Positions 21,825-34,907 of a stretch of DNA of 64,000 bases are shown here, piece after piece. The position numbers and the translations under genes are program-made. The stretch comes from Paragordius varius (Eukaryota > Animalia > Nematomorpha): contig OZ176053.1 of assembly GCA_964247055.1 (NCBI GenBank), forward strand, positions 7,068,001-7,132,000, in the 5' to 3' direction. Position 1 is the first letter of the stretch, and every line of letters begins with the position of its first letter. Below the pieces are notes generated by a model that saw nothing but the letters and a program-made list of their open reading frames with translations, made no database searches and was not told where the DNA came from.

Positions 21825-22919
21825 TGTATTTTTTCAATTTTACCATTGCACACATGTCACGCTGATTAACTTTTTAACTTTAGGTTTTAGTTAAAAATAA
21901 ATATTATCAAGTATTTTTGAATAAAATTTTTAATATATTTCGGTTTATTAATGTAATATAAAAGTATTTTGCCATCGTTTCAATTCCCTCCATATTTTTT
22001 AAAGTATATAATTTTAACAGGCCAGGGATATCCAACTACCCCAATTTGAATTGAAGGACTAAAATGAATGTCTTGCATCCAAGTGTTAAAATAGGATCTG
22101 TAGCTAGCCAAATGAATAGTAATAGTAAGAACGTATGTGGTAATTGGCCAGAAATCAAATCTCCTGGGAATTATACATATCGAAATAAAAGGTCAACGAA
22201 ACATTTTGGCTAGTTTTATTAGAAGCGTTCTCAAAACGGTGTGAGGTTGTGTTCACAAAGTTATATCCTCAACTGTTTAATATATAAATTTTTTTGGTTT
22301 GGTGTAGACGGCTTATTTCTTTAATTTCTGAAACGGATCATCGTCAGAGTTCAAAAACTATTGATTGAAACTCCATATTAAACATTTCTCACCTCTTTAC
22401 CACCCTCAAACAGAAGTGTCAGTAAAAAACGATTCGGACGATAAAGATAAAATATGACGCGAGAAAAACAAAATCGTTCAGACTTGGCGATGCTAAATTT
22501 ATCGGACTATTGCTATATGTGTCTTTGTTGGTCAAAAACCAGAAATATTTTTTGAACTAGAAAGCCAGGGGAATACTAAAGGGATCAGTAGATTTTAAAG
22601 ATTCCTCCGAAGTAACTTATTATTCGGAATGTAAAGACCAAGGTTGACGAAAAAACGTAGTTGCTCGCCCGACATCGTCCACATCTCTGTTTTTGATGGT
22701 CGAGTTAATTTTCCCAAAAAAATGCTAAGCTGTACGCCAAAATTTGGAAGGGAGATGTTAGGAGAATTTTGTTTAGTTATAAATATTTATTCTATATTAA
22801 ATAGAATATACATTCTAATTGCTTTATATGTATTATTGTGTTGTATTTATAACTATTCTGATTTAATATATCTATAGCTTAAATATAAACAACTATTCCA
22901 AATATGGTAACGCATCCGA

Positions 22920-23329
22920 TAAAGAAACTATATCTTTAAAGCGGGTAAAACGGTTTTCTTATTTAAATAATGGTAAAAGAAAAATCAATCTCGAATACTG
23001 TGCTGCAGAAGGCATTTGATTTTGCTCCAAATAAAATAACAACAGCCGATAATGAGTGCTAAGAATCGGTTAAAACAATATTTTAAATAGTAATACAGCG
23101 GTACTTATCATTTATGCGACCATGCTCCCACAACATCTGAAATCAGATTCATACTGGCAACACTATATTCCGAAACCACTGAAATTTAAAAAATTGATAC
23201 CGGATATTATAAGAAAATAAATCAATTGGCCTCCTCTAGATGTTGAAGAATTTTTTTAAGAAGAAACCGAATGAATGCGCCTAATGCTCAAAGCCTCAAC
23301 ATATTACGAAACTTATTTCCAAAATCACC
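22920..23329 (+). pseudogene. Pseudogenised E1-type exon (3' half); homologs at 38075-38527 (+), 25688-26165 (-), 41407-41746 (-), 41862-42089 (+)
   Basis: Translates to KRVKRFS..KINLE..NIITT..PKPLKFKKLIPDIIRK*INWPPLDVEEFF with stops and frameshifts. Most copies end at the same TCACC|GTAAGAG donor. Confidence 0.85.
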
Positions 23330-23796
23330 GTAAGAGTTAACAGATCTATATTTTATGATAAATTTATTGCCCTAAATAAGAAAATTTTGTCGGAAAATAT
23401 ATCCTGTAAATAAACTCAATTTAAATAATTAGTATTATTTATTAGTAATAGAGATATTATGGATCATAGCTTTCAGATTGAGTTTATTTTATTGTATGAA
23501 TGAACACCTTCTTCAAATTACGGGCACAAATAAATTCTATAGTTCTTATTCGATTAGTTGTAAAAAAATATTTAATTTTAAAAACACCATAAAAATTATA
23601 TCAATTTTAAAATTATCCATTCTATATGGACGTGCCTGATTCGTATGTGAAAATTTTGACTGGCTATCTTTATAAACGGCACTAAAGAATCATTTCATAG
23701 GGGAATCATGTTCTGCAATACAATTCTTTACTACTTCCTGCCTAAAATTATCTTTGTAAACTAGTGTTAAGATTTGGTAACATATATATATATATA

Positions 23797-24258
23797 ATTT
23801 GCACTTCAAGAGTGCCCTTGAACACACTTCAGGTAAGTCCTTGATCATTTCCAATTTGTCCTTAGATTTTGAAATTTATTGATCATATTTTAATATTGTT
23901 CTTAAAACCAGATTTATTTGTTTCAACTCAAATTTTTCCAATCAAAAAAATTATTAATTTATAGATGTTTTATGGAAATTTGTAATTAATGGCTTAGAAA
24001 ACCTATAAAATTTTCAATTACGTATATATAAAATATTTTTAAAAAAACTAATAAAATAGATTGTTTAAAAGTTGATATTTATTTAGAGTCTATATTGAAT
24101 TAAGAGAATAGGTTAAAAATCACAAAATAAATGAATGATACAAGGTTTTATTTATAAAAAACAAAAAAGAGTTAAAGGACCAATGAAATGTTTAAGGATA
24201 AACTTGAAATGTTCAAGGACTAACTTGAAGTGTTTAAAGATACTCTTGAAGACAAAAT
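23797..24258. mobile_element. ~460-bp MITE with ~50-bp TIRs in a (TA)n tract; copies at 39027-39538, 40485-40936, 42558-43007 and partial 25000-25218
   Basis: TIR ATTTGCACTTCAAGAGT.CCTTGAACACTTCA.GT.AGTCCTTGA.CATTT. TA-repeat flanks. The empty site is visible in intron 1 of the intact gene at ~5825-5850. Confidence 0.8.
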
Positions 24259-26278
24259 AATATATTATATTTATATATAAACGTTGATATAACCTTTTGA
24301 TTCCAAAAACCCTAACCCTAATTTAATCATTACAGAGAAATCACAATAAACCGTCAGGTAAATGGCCCAATTATATAACTACAGAGAAATTATGTGAACC
24401 ACCAGATATGTTACCTGTTTTATAGGTATTAAGCTAAATAAACCGCCAGGTATGTGTCCAGTTACAGAGAAATCAAAATGACCCACCAGATAAGTTGCTT
24501 AGTTCAATGGTCTCAGAGATACCAAATTATTGAAGACTGTCCACTTATAAAAAAAATATACAATAAACTTTAAATATAAAAATATAATATTTTGGAACTA
24601 GCGATGTAGATTAATTGACTGATTTATATCTTGATTGACCTATATATACATAATTTAACTCATAAAATTTTTCATTGAAATTACTTTAAAACAATTGAAA
24701 AACGTATAGGCTTATTTTTATTGTCGCATATATTGTACAACGAATTTATAAAGGGTTGGTAGGTGTGGGAATATATTTTATTAACCCTGAAACAGATGAA
24801 CGGCTCTTTTTTAACTTTTAGTGTCGTTCGTTTTATATAAATTCAACAAATTTAGAGCGCGCAAATAGAAACGGAATGGGAAAAGCGCAAATCCAATTTT
24901 GACCTTTTCCGCGAATACGACTGTTCGATTATGAGCCTAACATTCTTTTGTATTTTAATTATTAAAGTAACTGACCCTTTTCCACAGTAAAATTTGGTTT
25001 GCGTTTTTGAATTGAAAAACTTTAAGTTGAAACAAATATATTTGGTTTTTGAATTAACAATTTAATTTTAAAATGAATAAATATGTAATAAAAGTGAATT
25101 CGGTTAAAAAATAATAAAAAAAATCATCTAAACATTATGATTAAATCTAAATTTAAAATTTTAAGGATCCAACAAATGATCAAGAACTAACCTGAAGTGT
25201 TCAAGGATACTTTATGAAATTATATATATTACCAAATCTTAACAATAAATTACAAAGATGATTAGGCGAATTGTATTGGAGAACTATATTCATTTATTTT
25301 ATGATTCTTTAGTGCCTTATAAGGATAGCCAGTCCAAATTTTCACAAATATTCGCACAAGCATATTAAATGGTATAAGATATTCAATTGATATAATTTTT
25401 AAGGTTAAAATGTAATAAAATAAATAAATTTTTTACAATTTAAAAACGAATAATAGTTATAAATATATCTGTACCCTTTATAATTTGAAGAAGTTGACTC
25501 ATACATAAAAATAAACTCAAATGTCTGAAACAAAGGATTCATAAAATCTCATTAATGAATAAATTTAATTATTTAAATTGGGTTTATTGATTATATTTTC
25601 CGACAAAATTTTCTGATTTAGGGCGATAATAATATTTAATTTATTAGAATGTATATATATGTATCTAGAACTGTCTAAAAAACTCTTGTGAATTTGAAAG
25701 TAAGTTTTTTGGGTCGTAGTTTTGAGCGTGAACGTAAAATTTCAGAGCGTCATGTGTTAAGCTTTGAGCATTCGGGGCATTCATTCGGTTTCTTCTTAAA
25801 AAAATTCTTCAACATCTAGAGGAGGCCAATTGATTTATTTTCTTATAATACCCGGTATCAATTTTTTAAATTTCAGTGGTTTCGGAATATAGTATTGCAG
25901 TATGAATGTGATTTATCAGATGTATTATGAGACATGGTCGCGTAAATGATAAGTACCGCTCTATTACTATAAAAAAAGATTGTTTTAACCGATTCTCAGC
26001 ACTCATTATCGGTTGTTGTTATTATATTTGGAGAAAAATCAAATGCCTTCTGTAGCACAGTATTCGAGATTGATTTTTCTTTTACCATTATTTAACAAGG
26101 AAAACCGTTTTACCCGCTTTAAAGATATAGTTTCTTTATCGGATGCTGTTACCATATCTGGAATAGTTGTTTATATTTAAGCTAAAGATTTATTAAATCA
26201 GAATAGTAATAAATACAACACAATAATACATATAAAGCAATTAGAATGTATATTCTATCAAATATAGAATTAATATTC

Positions 26279-28562
26279 ATTATTATTGTAGCAAAGATCG
26301 TTGTCGATTTTTTGCTTTTTCGAAGGTGTATTTTCTCCAGTTTATATAATTGTAAGTGAGTGATGTTAACTGTTGTAAAGAGAGATTGGTTTCTTTGGTT
26401 AGGTTTTTAATCTAGCGCATCTTGCAGCGTCCACGTTTCCTGGATCCGTCGACCATGCCTTTCATTAGTTGGAATTCCAAGTCATTAGCTCTGGTAATGT
26501 GACCAAAGTATGATAATTTCATTTTGAGGCACATGCCAATCAAGTGTATCTCGGGGTTTATTTTAAGGATTACAGTGTTTTTTACTTTATCTTTCCAAGT
26601 GATTTGAAGTGCCTTCCGCCAGCACCAGATTTCGAAGGCGTTAATGTATTTTTCGTCTACCTTTTTTATTGTCCAGCTTTCTGATGCATATAGCATGCTA
26701 GGAAATATTAGGGCTTTAACTAAACGGATTTTTGTTTTAAGTTTGATGTCGTGTGATGACCATAGTTTATTATATTTTATCATTTTTGGCTTTGCAATTC
26801 CTATTCTTCTTTTAATGTCTGGGGTGCTGTTGTTAGTTGTATTTATAAGACTGCCTAGGTAAGTGTATTGGGACACTACTTCTTTTTGTTGGTTGTGAAA
26901 AGATAAGTTGTTATAATGGGTATGAGCGTTTATAGTCATGATTTTAGTTTTTTTTGAAATTGATCGTCAATTCAAATTTTTGGCATTCGTTTGAGAATTC
27001 AGTTAGGAGTTTTTTCAGGTTGTCCACTGAGTTTGACAGCAGTATGGTGTCATCAGCATAATGAAGTGATGATATAATAATGCCGGCAATGCTTATACCA
27101 TTTATCTATGTTCCGTAATACGCTTCTATGCAGACGTTAAAAAGAGTGGGTGAGAGGATACAACCTTGTCTTAGACCATACCCAATTACTTGTGCCATGT
27201 GGGGTTTTTATGTTTAGTGATGAATTGGAATAAAGGGATTTTATGATGTTTAAAATGTGATCTGAAACTCCCATCTGAGATATTGCCTTCCACAGCGTGT
27301 CGTGTTTCACGCTGTCGAAGGCTTTTGTAATCAATGAAGCAGATGTGGGTTTCTTTCTGAAATTCAATTTGTTTTTCGAATATCCAACGTATATTGCTGA
27401 TCATGTCCCTGCATCCGCGATTGGATCTAAATCCCGCTTGAGTATTAGAAAGTTCGGCTTCAATTATGCCTTGGATACGCCTGTGAATTATTTTGAGGAA
27501 AACTTTTGATGCTTGATTGATTAGCGCTATAGTTCTATAGTTGTTAAATGATTTAGGATCGCCTTTTTTCAAGATGGGGATGAGTATTGATTTGCACCAG
27601 TCTTGGGGGAATGAGGCGTGAGCAAATATCTTTTGGAATAAGCCAGTTAGGATATGGGGGATAAAACAAATGAGTTCGGTTGGAATATCGTTGTACCCCT
27701 CAGATTTGTTGGGGAATGGTTAAGCGCCCATTCAACTTCCTCTTTGATGATCGGCGGGTCATGTTGATAGATCTCATTGTTTTTATCGGCGTTCATGGAC
27801 TGGAGCCGTATAGTTTTAATACATATGGTTCCCATTGTTTCACCAGTGTTTTTTTGTCTGTGATGATATCTCCATCTTCCTTTCTCATTGGGCCTTTGTA
27901 GATTTTAGAACTACGTGGAGCAATGTGTACTTCAGCAAAGTAGTTGTTGTTATGTTTAGCAGCGTTTTCTAGTTTTAAGCACAGCTGATTGTAGTGATCG
28001 TTTTTGTCTTCCCGAGCGCTTTTTTGGAAATTTGCGTTAAGTGATTTGTACTCTGCCATATTATAGCGTTTAGGTTGGCGCCGTTTGTCCGCCAAATCTA
28101 AACTTTTTTGTGATAACTTAATTTTGTTAAGATGGGATTTTTGGATAGGGATGCATTATCTGGCTGTAGTGCTAGTGATATTTTGTATTGTATTCTAAAG
28201 ATTTTCAGCGTCATCGTCTATTTCGAGTGTTTTAAATCTGTTTTCAAGTAACAAAGGAAACTCGGGGTAGATCGCAGAGAAATCTAATTTGAGTTTATGC
28301 TGAAATTTTGGTTAGCGTGAGAGAACTGTTTTAATTTTTAGTTTAGCTATAAGGAGATTATGATCAGAATAGCAGTCAGAACCAGGGTAAGTTTTTACGT
28401 TCATAAAGGAAGATTTATATTTTTGCATACCGAGAATAAAGTCAATTTGGTTTCTGTGCTTCTTGCAAGGTGAAATCCATGTGTATAGCCTTCGCTTAGG
28501 TTGTTAGTTTGATATGAATAATTTGTGTCCACTGCAAAATTCTATGAGGCAGTCTCCTCTCT
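26279..28562 (-). mobile_element. 5'-truncated RTE-clade non-LTR retrotransposon (LINE), decayed
   Basis: APE C-terminus PKRRLYTWISP..RNQIDFIL..KTYPGSDCYSDHNLL (28340-28500). RT NYRTIAL/QAGFR/KAFDSV/YADD (~27050). RTE-type C-terminus LYASESWT..AFEIWCWRK. (AAT)3 3' tail at 26279-26287. Uninterrupted target visible at ~37930-37945. Confidence 0.95.
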
Positions 28563-29659
28563 AAACACAATCCTCCTACTATCTCCCTGCCAAATTTTGG
28601 CGTACAGCTTAGCATTTTTTGGGAAAATTAACTCGACCATCAAAAACAGAGACGATGTGGGCGATATTGGGCGAGCAACTACGTATTTTCGCCAACCTCT
28701 GGTCTTTACATTCCGACGTTCACCTGTTATATCGATATGTATACAGGAGATTTGATTTCTGGCCAATTACCACATACGTTCTCATTATTACTATTCATTT
28801 GGCTAGCTACAGATCCTTTTTTAACACTTGATTATTTTTAACAAAAACCTAAAATTAAAAATTTAGTCAGCGTGACGTGTGTGCAATGGTAAAATTGAAA
28901 AATAATACAAAATGTGACCAGATAGGCTGTTTTTCGCAATACAGTACTGGGTTTTCAGAAAAAAACTGCGCCTGTACTGCGCCCACTTTTGTACTGCTTT
29001 TTTAAATTAAAAAAAATTAATTTTATAATATATAATTAACTTTTATTTATTCAATAAAAATATTTTAGATTTTAATATAGTACCCTCTGTAAAAATAGAA
29101 ATGGTTCATTTTGCGGTAAAAAACTAAGACTGACCGTTTTTAATTGGTTAATATTTTATTTTCCACTCGTATTATACATAAAATTGGATTGGATGCGTCA
29201 AACCGCTTATAAAGGCAGCAGTGGAAAAACTATAAATCTCGAATCGTAAGATTCAAGCTAATGGCTCTTTTATTCAGGGCTTACGCAAAAAGAGGTGCCT
29301 CCAAATTTAGAGTGAGTTAACAAAATTAATTCATGATATTTTAATAAATGTTTGAGCACGTTTAAAAATTTCATTTTTTTGTTATATTAATTAAACGGGA
29401 AATTATGTAGAAAATTGTTATTCCCGTAACATATTATATAAAATTTATTATATATGGAATATGATAACGAAATAAACGTTTTTTCGTATTTAAAATTGTT
29501 TGTTTTTACGTCTACTCATTAGGTGGGAGTAGGGTTGTGCTTGATTACTTTTTTAAAACATCCGGTCAGACCCAGTCAGACCATGGTCATGACCGTGGTC
29601 ATGACCATTTTGTACTGAAATAAGTATCATGCGATATTGGATTGTCAAAATAAGTTCAA

Positions 29660-31715
29660 AATCTTGTGTTTATAATTAGTATTTCTAAATATTATGGAGT
29701 TATTTAAGATATCCTCGCTTTTGTATTTATAGTGTTTGAAAGGAATAAGAGTATAATTTTAAGATCGAATCGTATGTTTAATAATGAATTTGAATGGAGA
29801 AGTAAAAAATATATTAATAATCGTTGTTTTTAAAATTTTAAGGCATACATTTTTGTGTAGTCCAATTAATTTCTTAAAAAGTATTAACTTAACCAGGACA
29901 CGTTATTGTAAAATAATCAAATAAAAACTATCCTAAAAATTAATTTATCAAACTCGAAACTATTCAATATAAATGTAAACTTTAGAGTTTTTTTTTATAA
30001 ATTATTTACTTTATATTTATAATTTAATTAATTTATATATATATTAAACCCAAACTCGAAAATATTTAGTATATCTATGACGAATATACTTAGTCTATTA
30101 TATTCGGAATCGTATGATTATTTATAAGAATATAAATTATATATCTTCTAAATTTTTGTAAGAAAATTCTTACGGTGAATTGAAATTCGTATCACTCGCG
30201 AATTTCTTACGCTGATGAGACTTTGAGCGTAAAAATTCGGATCATCCTTCACAAAATCAGTCTGATAATGATTCAGTAATAGTACCGGAAACAATTGTTC
30301 CTACCCAGACATTAAACAAAAACATTTCAACAGATTCTTCGAAATTACTTAATAGCTCTCCTACTGTAAGTAATAAACCCCGAGAAATTACAATACATAC
30401 AACAAAAGAGTTAAAGCAGTCTGCTTTGTCAAACATAGTACAGCAACAATTAATAATATCCTCGAAAATCTTACGCCTGCAGAAAAACATTTAGATAAGA
30501 CTGTTTCTAATATAATAGCCACATCTTATAATAATTCCCAAGTAACAGTTATGCCTTCAAAAAAAGGGTTAAACGGTTTAACTTCATTAAGATTATCATT
30601 TTAATTAAATTATATATTATATTTATTTTCTTTTATAAGATTTTAAGCTCTATTATTTTGCTTAAATTATAGATTTCAATTCAAAATATTAATTAACTAT
30701 AAATTTAAAAAAGTTTACAAAATTTCGGGACCAGCAGCACATAATACAATTTGGTTAATTGTCACATATTTTTGTCAAATTTGAAATATTATATTACAAT
30801 CATATGCATCTAAAAAAAATATAACAATAGCCTATTGGCAAGAAATATACAATATTCCTTCAACAAAACGGCTAAAACGGTCCACATTTTTGTATAATGA
30901 CACGCCACCAATGACAAATGATTTACAAGAAGAAACAACTCCAACAACATCTCAAGATAAGATTGATGACAACAAGCCAAGGACATCAAATAATGCAGAA
31001 CCAGTGAAATATCAGAAACTGATACCGGAATTCCTGAGGGAACGAATCGATTGCATATCCCCGATTAATTTTGAACAAATTAGTTTGAAGAAAAAAATCG
31101 CCCAATTAAGAAACGTAATCAGTGCATCCGAGATCGGTCAGGCCGAATTTTTACGCTCAAGGTCTCTTCAGCGTAAAAAATTCGCAAGTGATACAAATTT
31201 CAATTCACCGTAAGAATTTTCTTACAAAAATTTAGATATATAATTTATATTCTTATAAATAATCATACGATTCCGAATATAATAGACTAGGTGTATTCGT
31301 CATAGAAATACTAAATATTTTCGAGTTTGGGTTTAATTTATATATAAAAATTAATTAAATTATAAAAATAAAGTGAGAAATCTAAAAAAAACTCTAAAGT
31401 TTACATTTATATTGAATAGTTTCGAGTTTGATAATTTAATTTTTAGGATAGTTTTTAGTTGATTATTTTACAATAACGTTTCGTGCTTAAGTTAATACTT
31501 TCTAAGAAATTAATTGGACTACTCAAAAATGTATGCCTTAAAACAATTAAAAAACAACGATTATTAATATATTTTTTACTTCCATTCAAATTCAATTATT
31601 AAACATACGATCCGATCCTAAAATTGTAATCTTATTCCTTTCAAACAATATAAATACAAAAGCGAGGATATCTTAAATAACTCCATAATATTTAGAAATA
31701 ATAATTATAAACACA
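29660..31715. repeat. Inverted repeat: arms 29660-30240 and 31143-31715
   Basis: 29660-30240 is the reverse complement of the E3 3' end plus intron 3 at 31143-31715. Confidence 0.93.
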
Positions 31716-32114
31716 AGATTTTATATTTTACAGTACTAACCAATAATTTTAAACCAATGCTAAAATAACCAATCTAAGGTTTTATTATGTTACCTATAGT
31801 ATATTTATCACAAGTTATATATATTATATTGATTTTTACAGTAAATGCAATCTTGCGAAACTTAATGAAAAAGTAGCAATGTATAGTTTCTCACAGGATA
31901 TATTTTTTAAATTTTTTTACTAAAGCCACGAAATACTATTTTTTTATTTGTCAGATAAAATTATGCATAATGATTAATAATTCCTATTATATTTTAATGT
32001 GCAAATTGTTTTGTTCGTAAAAATAGAGTTTCGGAAACCCCAATATCCAATTCCAACAGTGAATCTGGAATAAAGATAGTTCGCAAACCTTATTTTCCTT
32101 GGGAACATAAGTAA
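30240..32114 (+). pseudogene. Truncated third copy of the 4-exon gene (E1 fragment, E2 deleted, E3 30831-31209 and E4 32027-32114 open)
   Basis: 30240-30575 matches 4954-5292 with frameshifts, then jumps to 6116 at an ACGGT microhomology. E3 and E4 keep their frames and splice sites. Confidence 0.85.
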
Positions 32115-32129
32115 CTTTTAAAAATGACC

Positions 32130-32667
32130 GAATGGTGCGTCAGTTGGGTAGGTTAGTCAAAATGCCGCCACATTCTGCTGGTTACAAAGGAAAATCGAAA
32201 ACCGCCAAATATTCTAGTAATTAGAGAGAAAAAGATATGGTGCGTCAGTTGGGTTTTAAGTTGGTTAAAATGCCGCCACATTTTGACTAACTCCCTGGTT
32301 ACAAAGGAAAATCGAAAACCGCCAAATATTCTAGTAATTATAGACAAAAGGATATGGTGAGTCAGTTGGGTTTTAAGTTGGTTAAAATGCCGCCACATTT
32401 TGACTAACTCCCTGGTTACAAAGGAAAATCGAAAACCGCCAAATATTCTAGTAATTATAGTCAAAAAGATATGGTGAGTCAGTTGGGTTTTAAGTTGGTT
32501 AAAATGCCGCCACATTTTGACTAACTCCCTGGTTACAAAGGAAAATCGAAAACCGCCAAATATTCTAGTAATTATAGACAAAAAGATATGGTGATTCAGT
32601 TGGGTTTTAAGTTGGTTAAAATGCCGCCACATTTTGACTAACTCCCTGGTTACAAAGGAAAATCGAA
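32130..32667. repeat. 117-bp satellite, ~5 units (first degenerate)
   Basis: Same unit as 7546-8332. Confidence 0.95.
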
Positions 32668-32879
32668 AAGAGAAATGCAATTAAACAGCCAAATATGGAG
32701 CTATCCATAACAGAAAAATCCGAATTACCGCCAAATTTGGATAATTCAGTAGTTACACAAAAAGAATAACTTCAGAAAAATTACAATTTAATTTATTGCA
32801 GATACTCTCCCCTTAACAATCTATAGATCAAATTATAAATAAATGAAGATCATATTTTACTTACTAATTTAACAAGTGT

Positions 32880-33795
32880 AGAACGTTTCACTTTATTAAA
32901 TACGTTAAATATTTTGTAGCAAAATAAAAATAATTGTGTATATAAGAGGGTCAAAAATTAGATCAATTTTTCGTGGACACAAACGCAGGTACACTTACAA
33001 AACACTTAATAATACACCTAGTTAATATGTTAATTGTATTTCAAGAAAAATAGAATTCAAGTATTGTGTTACACAAACATGTATAGGAAGAAATTTCTCT
33101 AGACGGCCTTAATTAAAAAAAAATTTTGGCCGATATGTTTTATATATAGAGCGAATTTTAGCTTCAAAAGACATGACGACAAGCGATAACAATTGCACGA
33201 CGTTATTTCTCGCTTAGGCAGGAATGTCGGTCAAAAAAGAACTTCTTTTTTCAAATTCGCGCGACAATATCATCTGACCCGATATCATTGAAGCCGGCAG
33301 AAAATTTACGAATCGAATGGGACGAATATATCCCAGGCCAGATTTGATTCGTAAAACTTCATCGATAACAAAATGTAACATTAAATTTTTTTACGAGTCA
33401 AACCTACGTAAAATACAACTTCAAGCTTAACGTAGAGGGAAAAATGCTCGACGCTTTCATTGCAGGCATGGGAGTCAAAAAATTATTATTAGATTTGTAT
33501 AGCAGATTCCCCACTCCATGTGGGAAAACGAACCCTAACCCTAAAACAAGTGAACATTGCTCTCAATTATGAATAGGCACCTCAATTAGCACTAATCGAT
33601 GGCAACATGTTACGACAACAGCTGGGAAATACCAGAACAAGTGTCGATTCTGCCGTTTAAGTCATGACTGGAATCACCTCCAACTATACTGTAAGAAAAA
33701 AATGATTGCAATGTTTAGAACATCGAATGTGAAGCCACCCCTAAGATAACATTGATAATTAATTGAAAGCCAATACGCATGATGATGGACACAGT
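32880..33795 (+). mobile_element. Partial copy of the old Gypsy (5' LTR, gag relic, start of protease)
   Basis: Colinear with ~8545-9485, then joined directly to the 13710 homology block. Confidence 0.8.
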
Positions 33796-34712
33796 CAAGT
33801 GTTTCTTTTTTCGTCCCAATTCAACATTAAATTCGAAATTTCGAAAATTAAATAAGTTTTAGATCCATGTATTTTATATCATTCGAAAGAGCGTGAAAAA
33901 CTGTATCTTCCAAATGGTAGTAAATTATTTTTAATTAATCAGATGTAAAATTTATATGGTCGAAATTTTCAGCCCTGTAAACAAGTCAAAAGTTTTCACA
34001 GACAAACTATTAATTTTAATATTATTATTATTATGGTTATATTAATGTTTGATTAAAAAAAGTCTTTGAAAAAGCTTTTGGTTTGCTTTATTATAAAATT
34101 ATTATTATCTTAAATATTTTACCTGGTGGATACTAAAATGCATAGATATAACTGTAAATTTATTGCATAATGGCCATAAAAGATCAAAATACCTTAAACT
34201 TGGTTCTTGTTTTTAAAATTTTGAAATTATAAGCTTTAAGGAAAAATAATTGATGAGATGGTAATTTTTTAAAAAACTAAACACTTAATGGCTGTTTTGA
34301 GAATAAAAGCAATAAAAAAATGTTTTAATCATTAAAACTCTCTTGTGTTTTCTTTTTTTGGACATCATCACCATATATACAAAGTTTGATTTATTTACAT
34401 CCATTAGTTTTAAAAATATATTAAATAAAAAAACGCTCTCGTTTCGTGCGTTTGTCGCTCTCTATGCCCAATATTAATAATAGATGTAAAATAATGTGAC
34501 CAGATATTTAGAACCCTGGCGCAGTACAAAATTAAAACACACTTTGCCTATTTTTTAACCGGATTTTCGGTGTTTTATATTAAATGATATTGTTCGTTAT
34601 TTATAAGCTCATTAGAAATTAGAATATCCAACAATAAATTTATTAAAAATTTAATATAAATGTATGTACATATAATTATAGCATATGTCATATATATGGA
34701 TATATAATAATA

Positions 34713-34746
34713 CTAGCGTAAATCTCGTGCTGCTACGCAGCTCGAG
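34713..34746 (-). mobile_element. Helitron-type 3' terminus
   Basis: On the minus strand, a GC-rich hairpin CTCGAGCTGCGTAGCAGCACGAG is followed after 7 nt by CTAG|T. 5' end not identified. Confidence 0.55.
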
Positions 34747-34907
34747 AAAGTGCTTCGGACTGGGGGGCTATTTGAAAAAAGGGACAATAAAATGATCCAC
34801 ATATGTAATGTGACCAGATATTTTGAATTTTGACGCAGTACAATATTAAAACATATTTTGCTTTACAACATCGGGGTGGTATATTACACAGTCACAAAAT
34901 ATCTCAA

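Larger units (their letters stand above)
19707..24320 (+). repeat. Direct segmental repeat of 34806-39600
   Basis: Colinear for ~4.6 kb; high identity to ~23330/38530, more diverged afterwards. Confidence 0.9.

Noticed and set aside
22644-22877. ORFs around 22644, 28542-28831 and 37778-38081 as genes
   Set aside because: They are open on both strands, frames are not conserved among the three copies, and no motif is recognisable.
23200-23290. Stop-codon reassignment explaining TAA/TGA in the domain paralogs
   Set aside because: The same copies also carry frameshifts, and the intact exons and retroelement ORFs read normally in the standard code.
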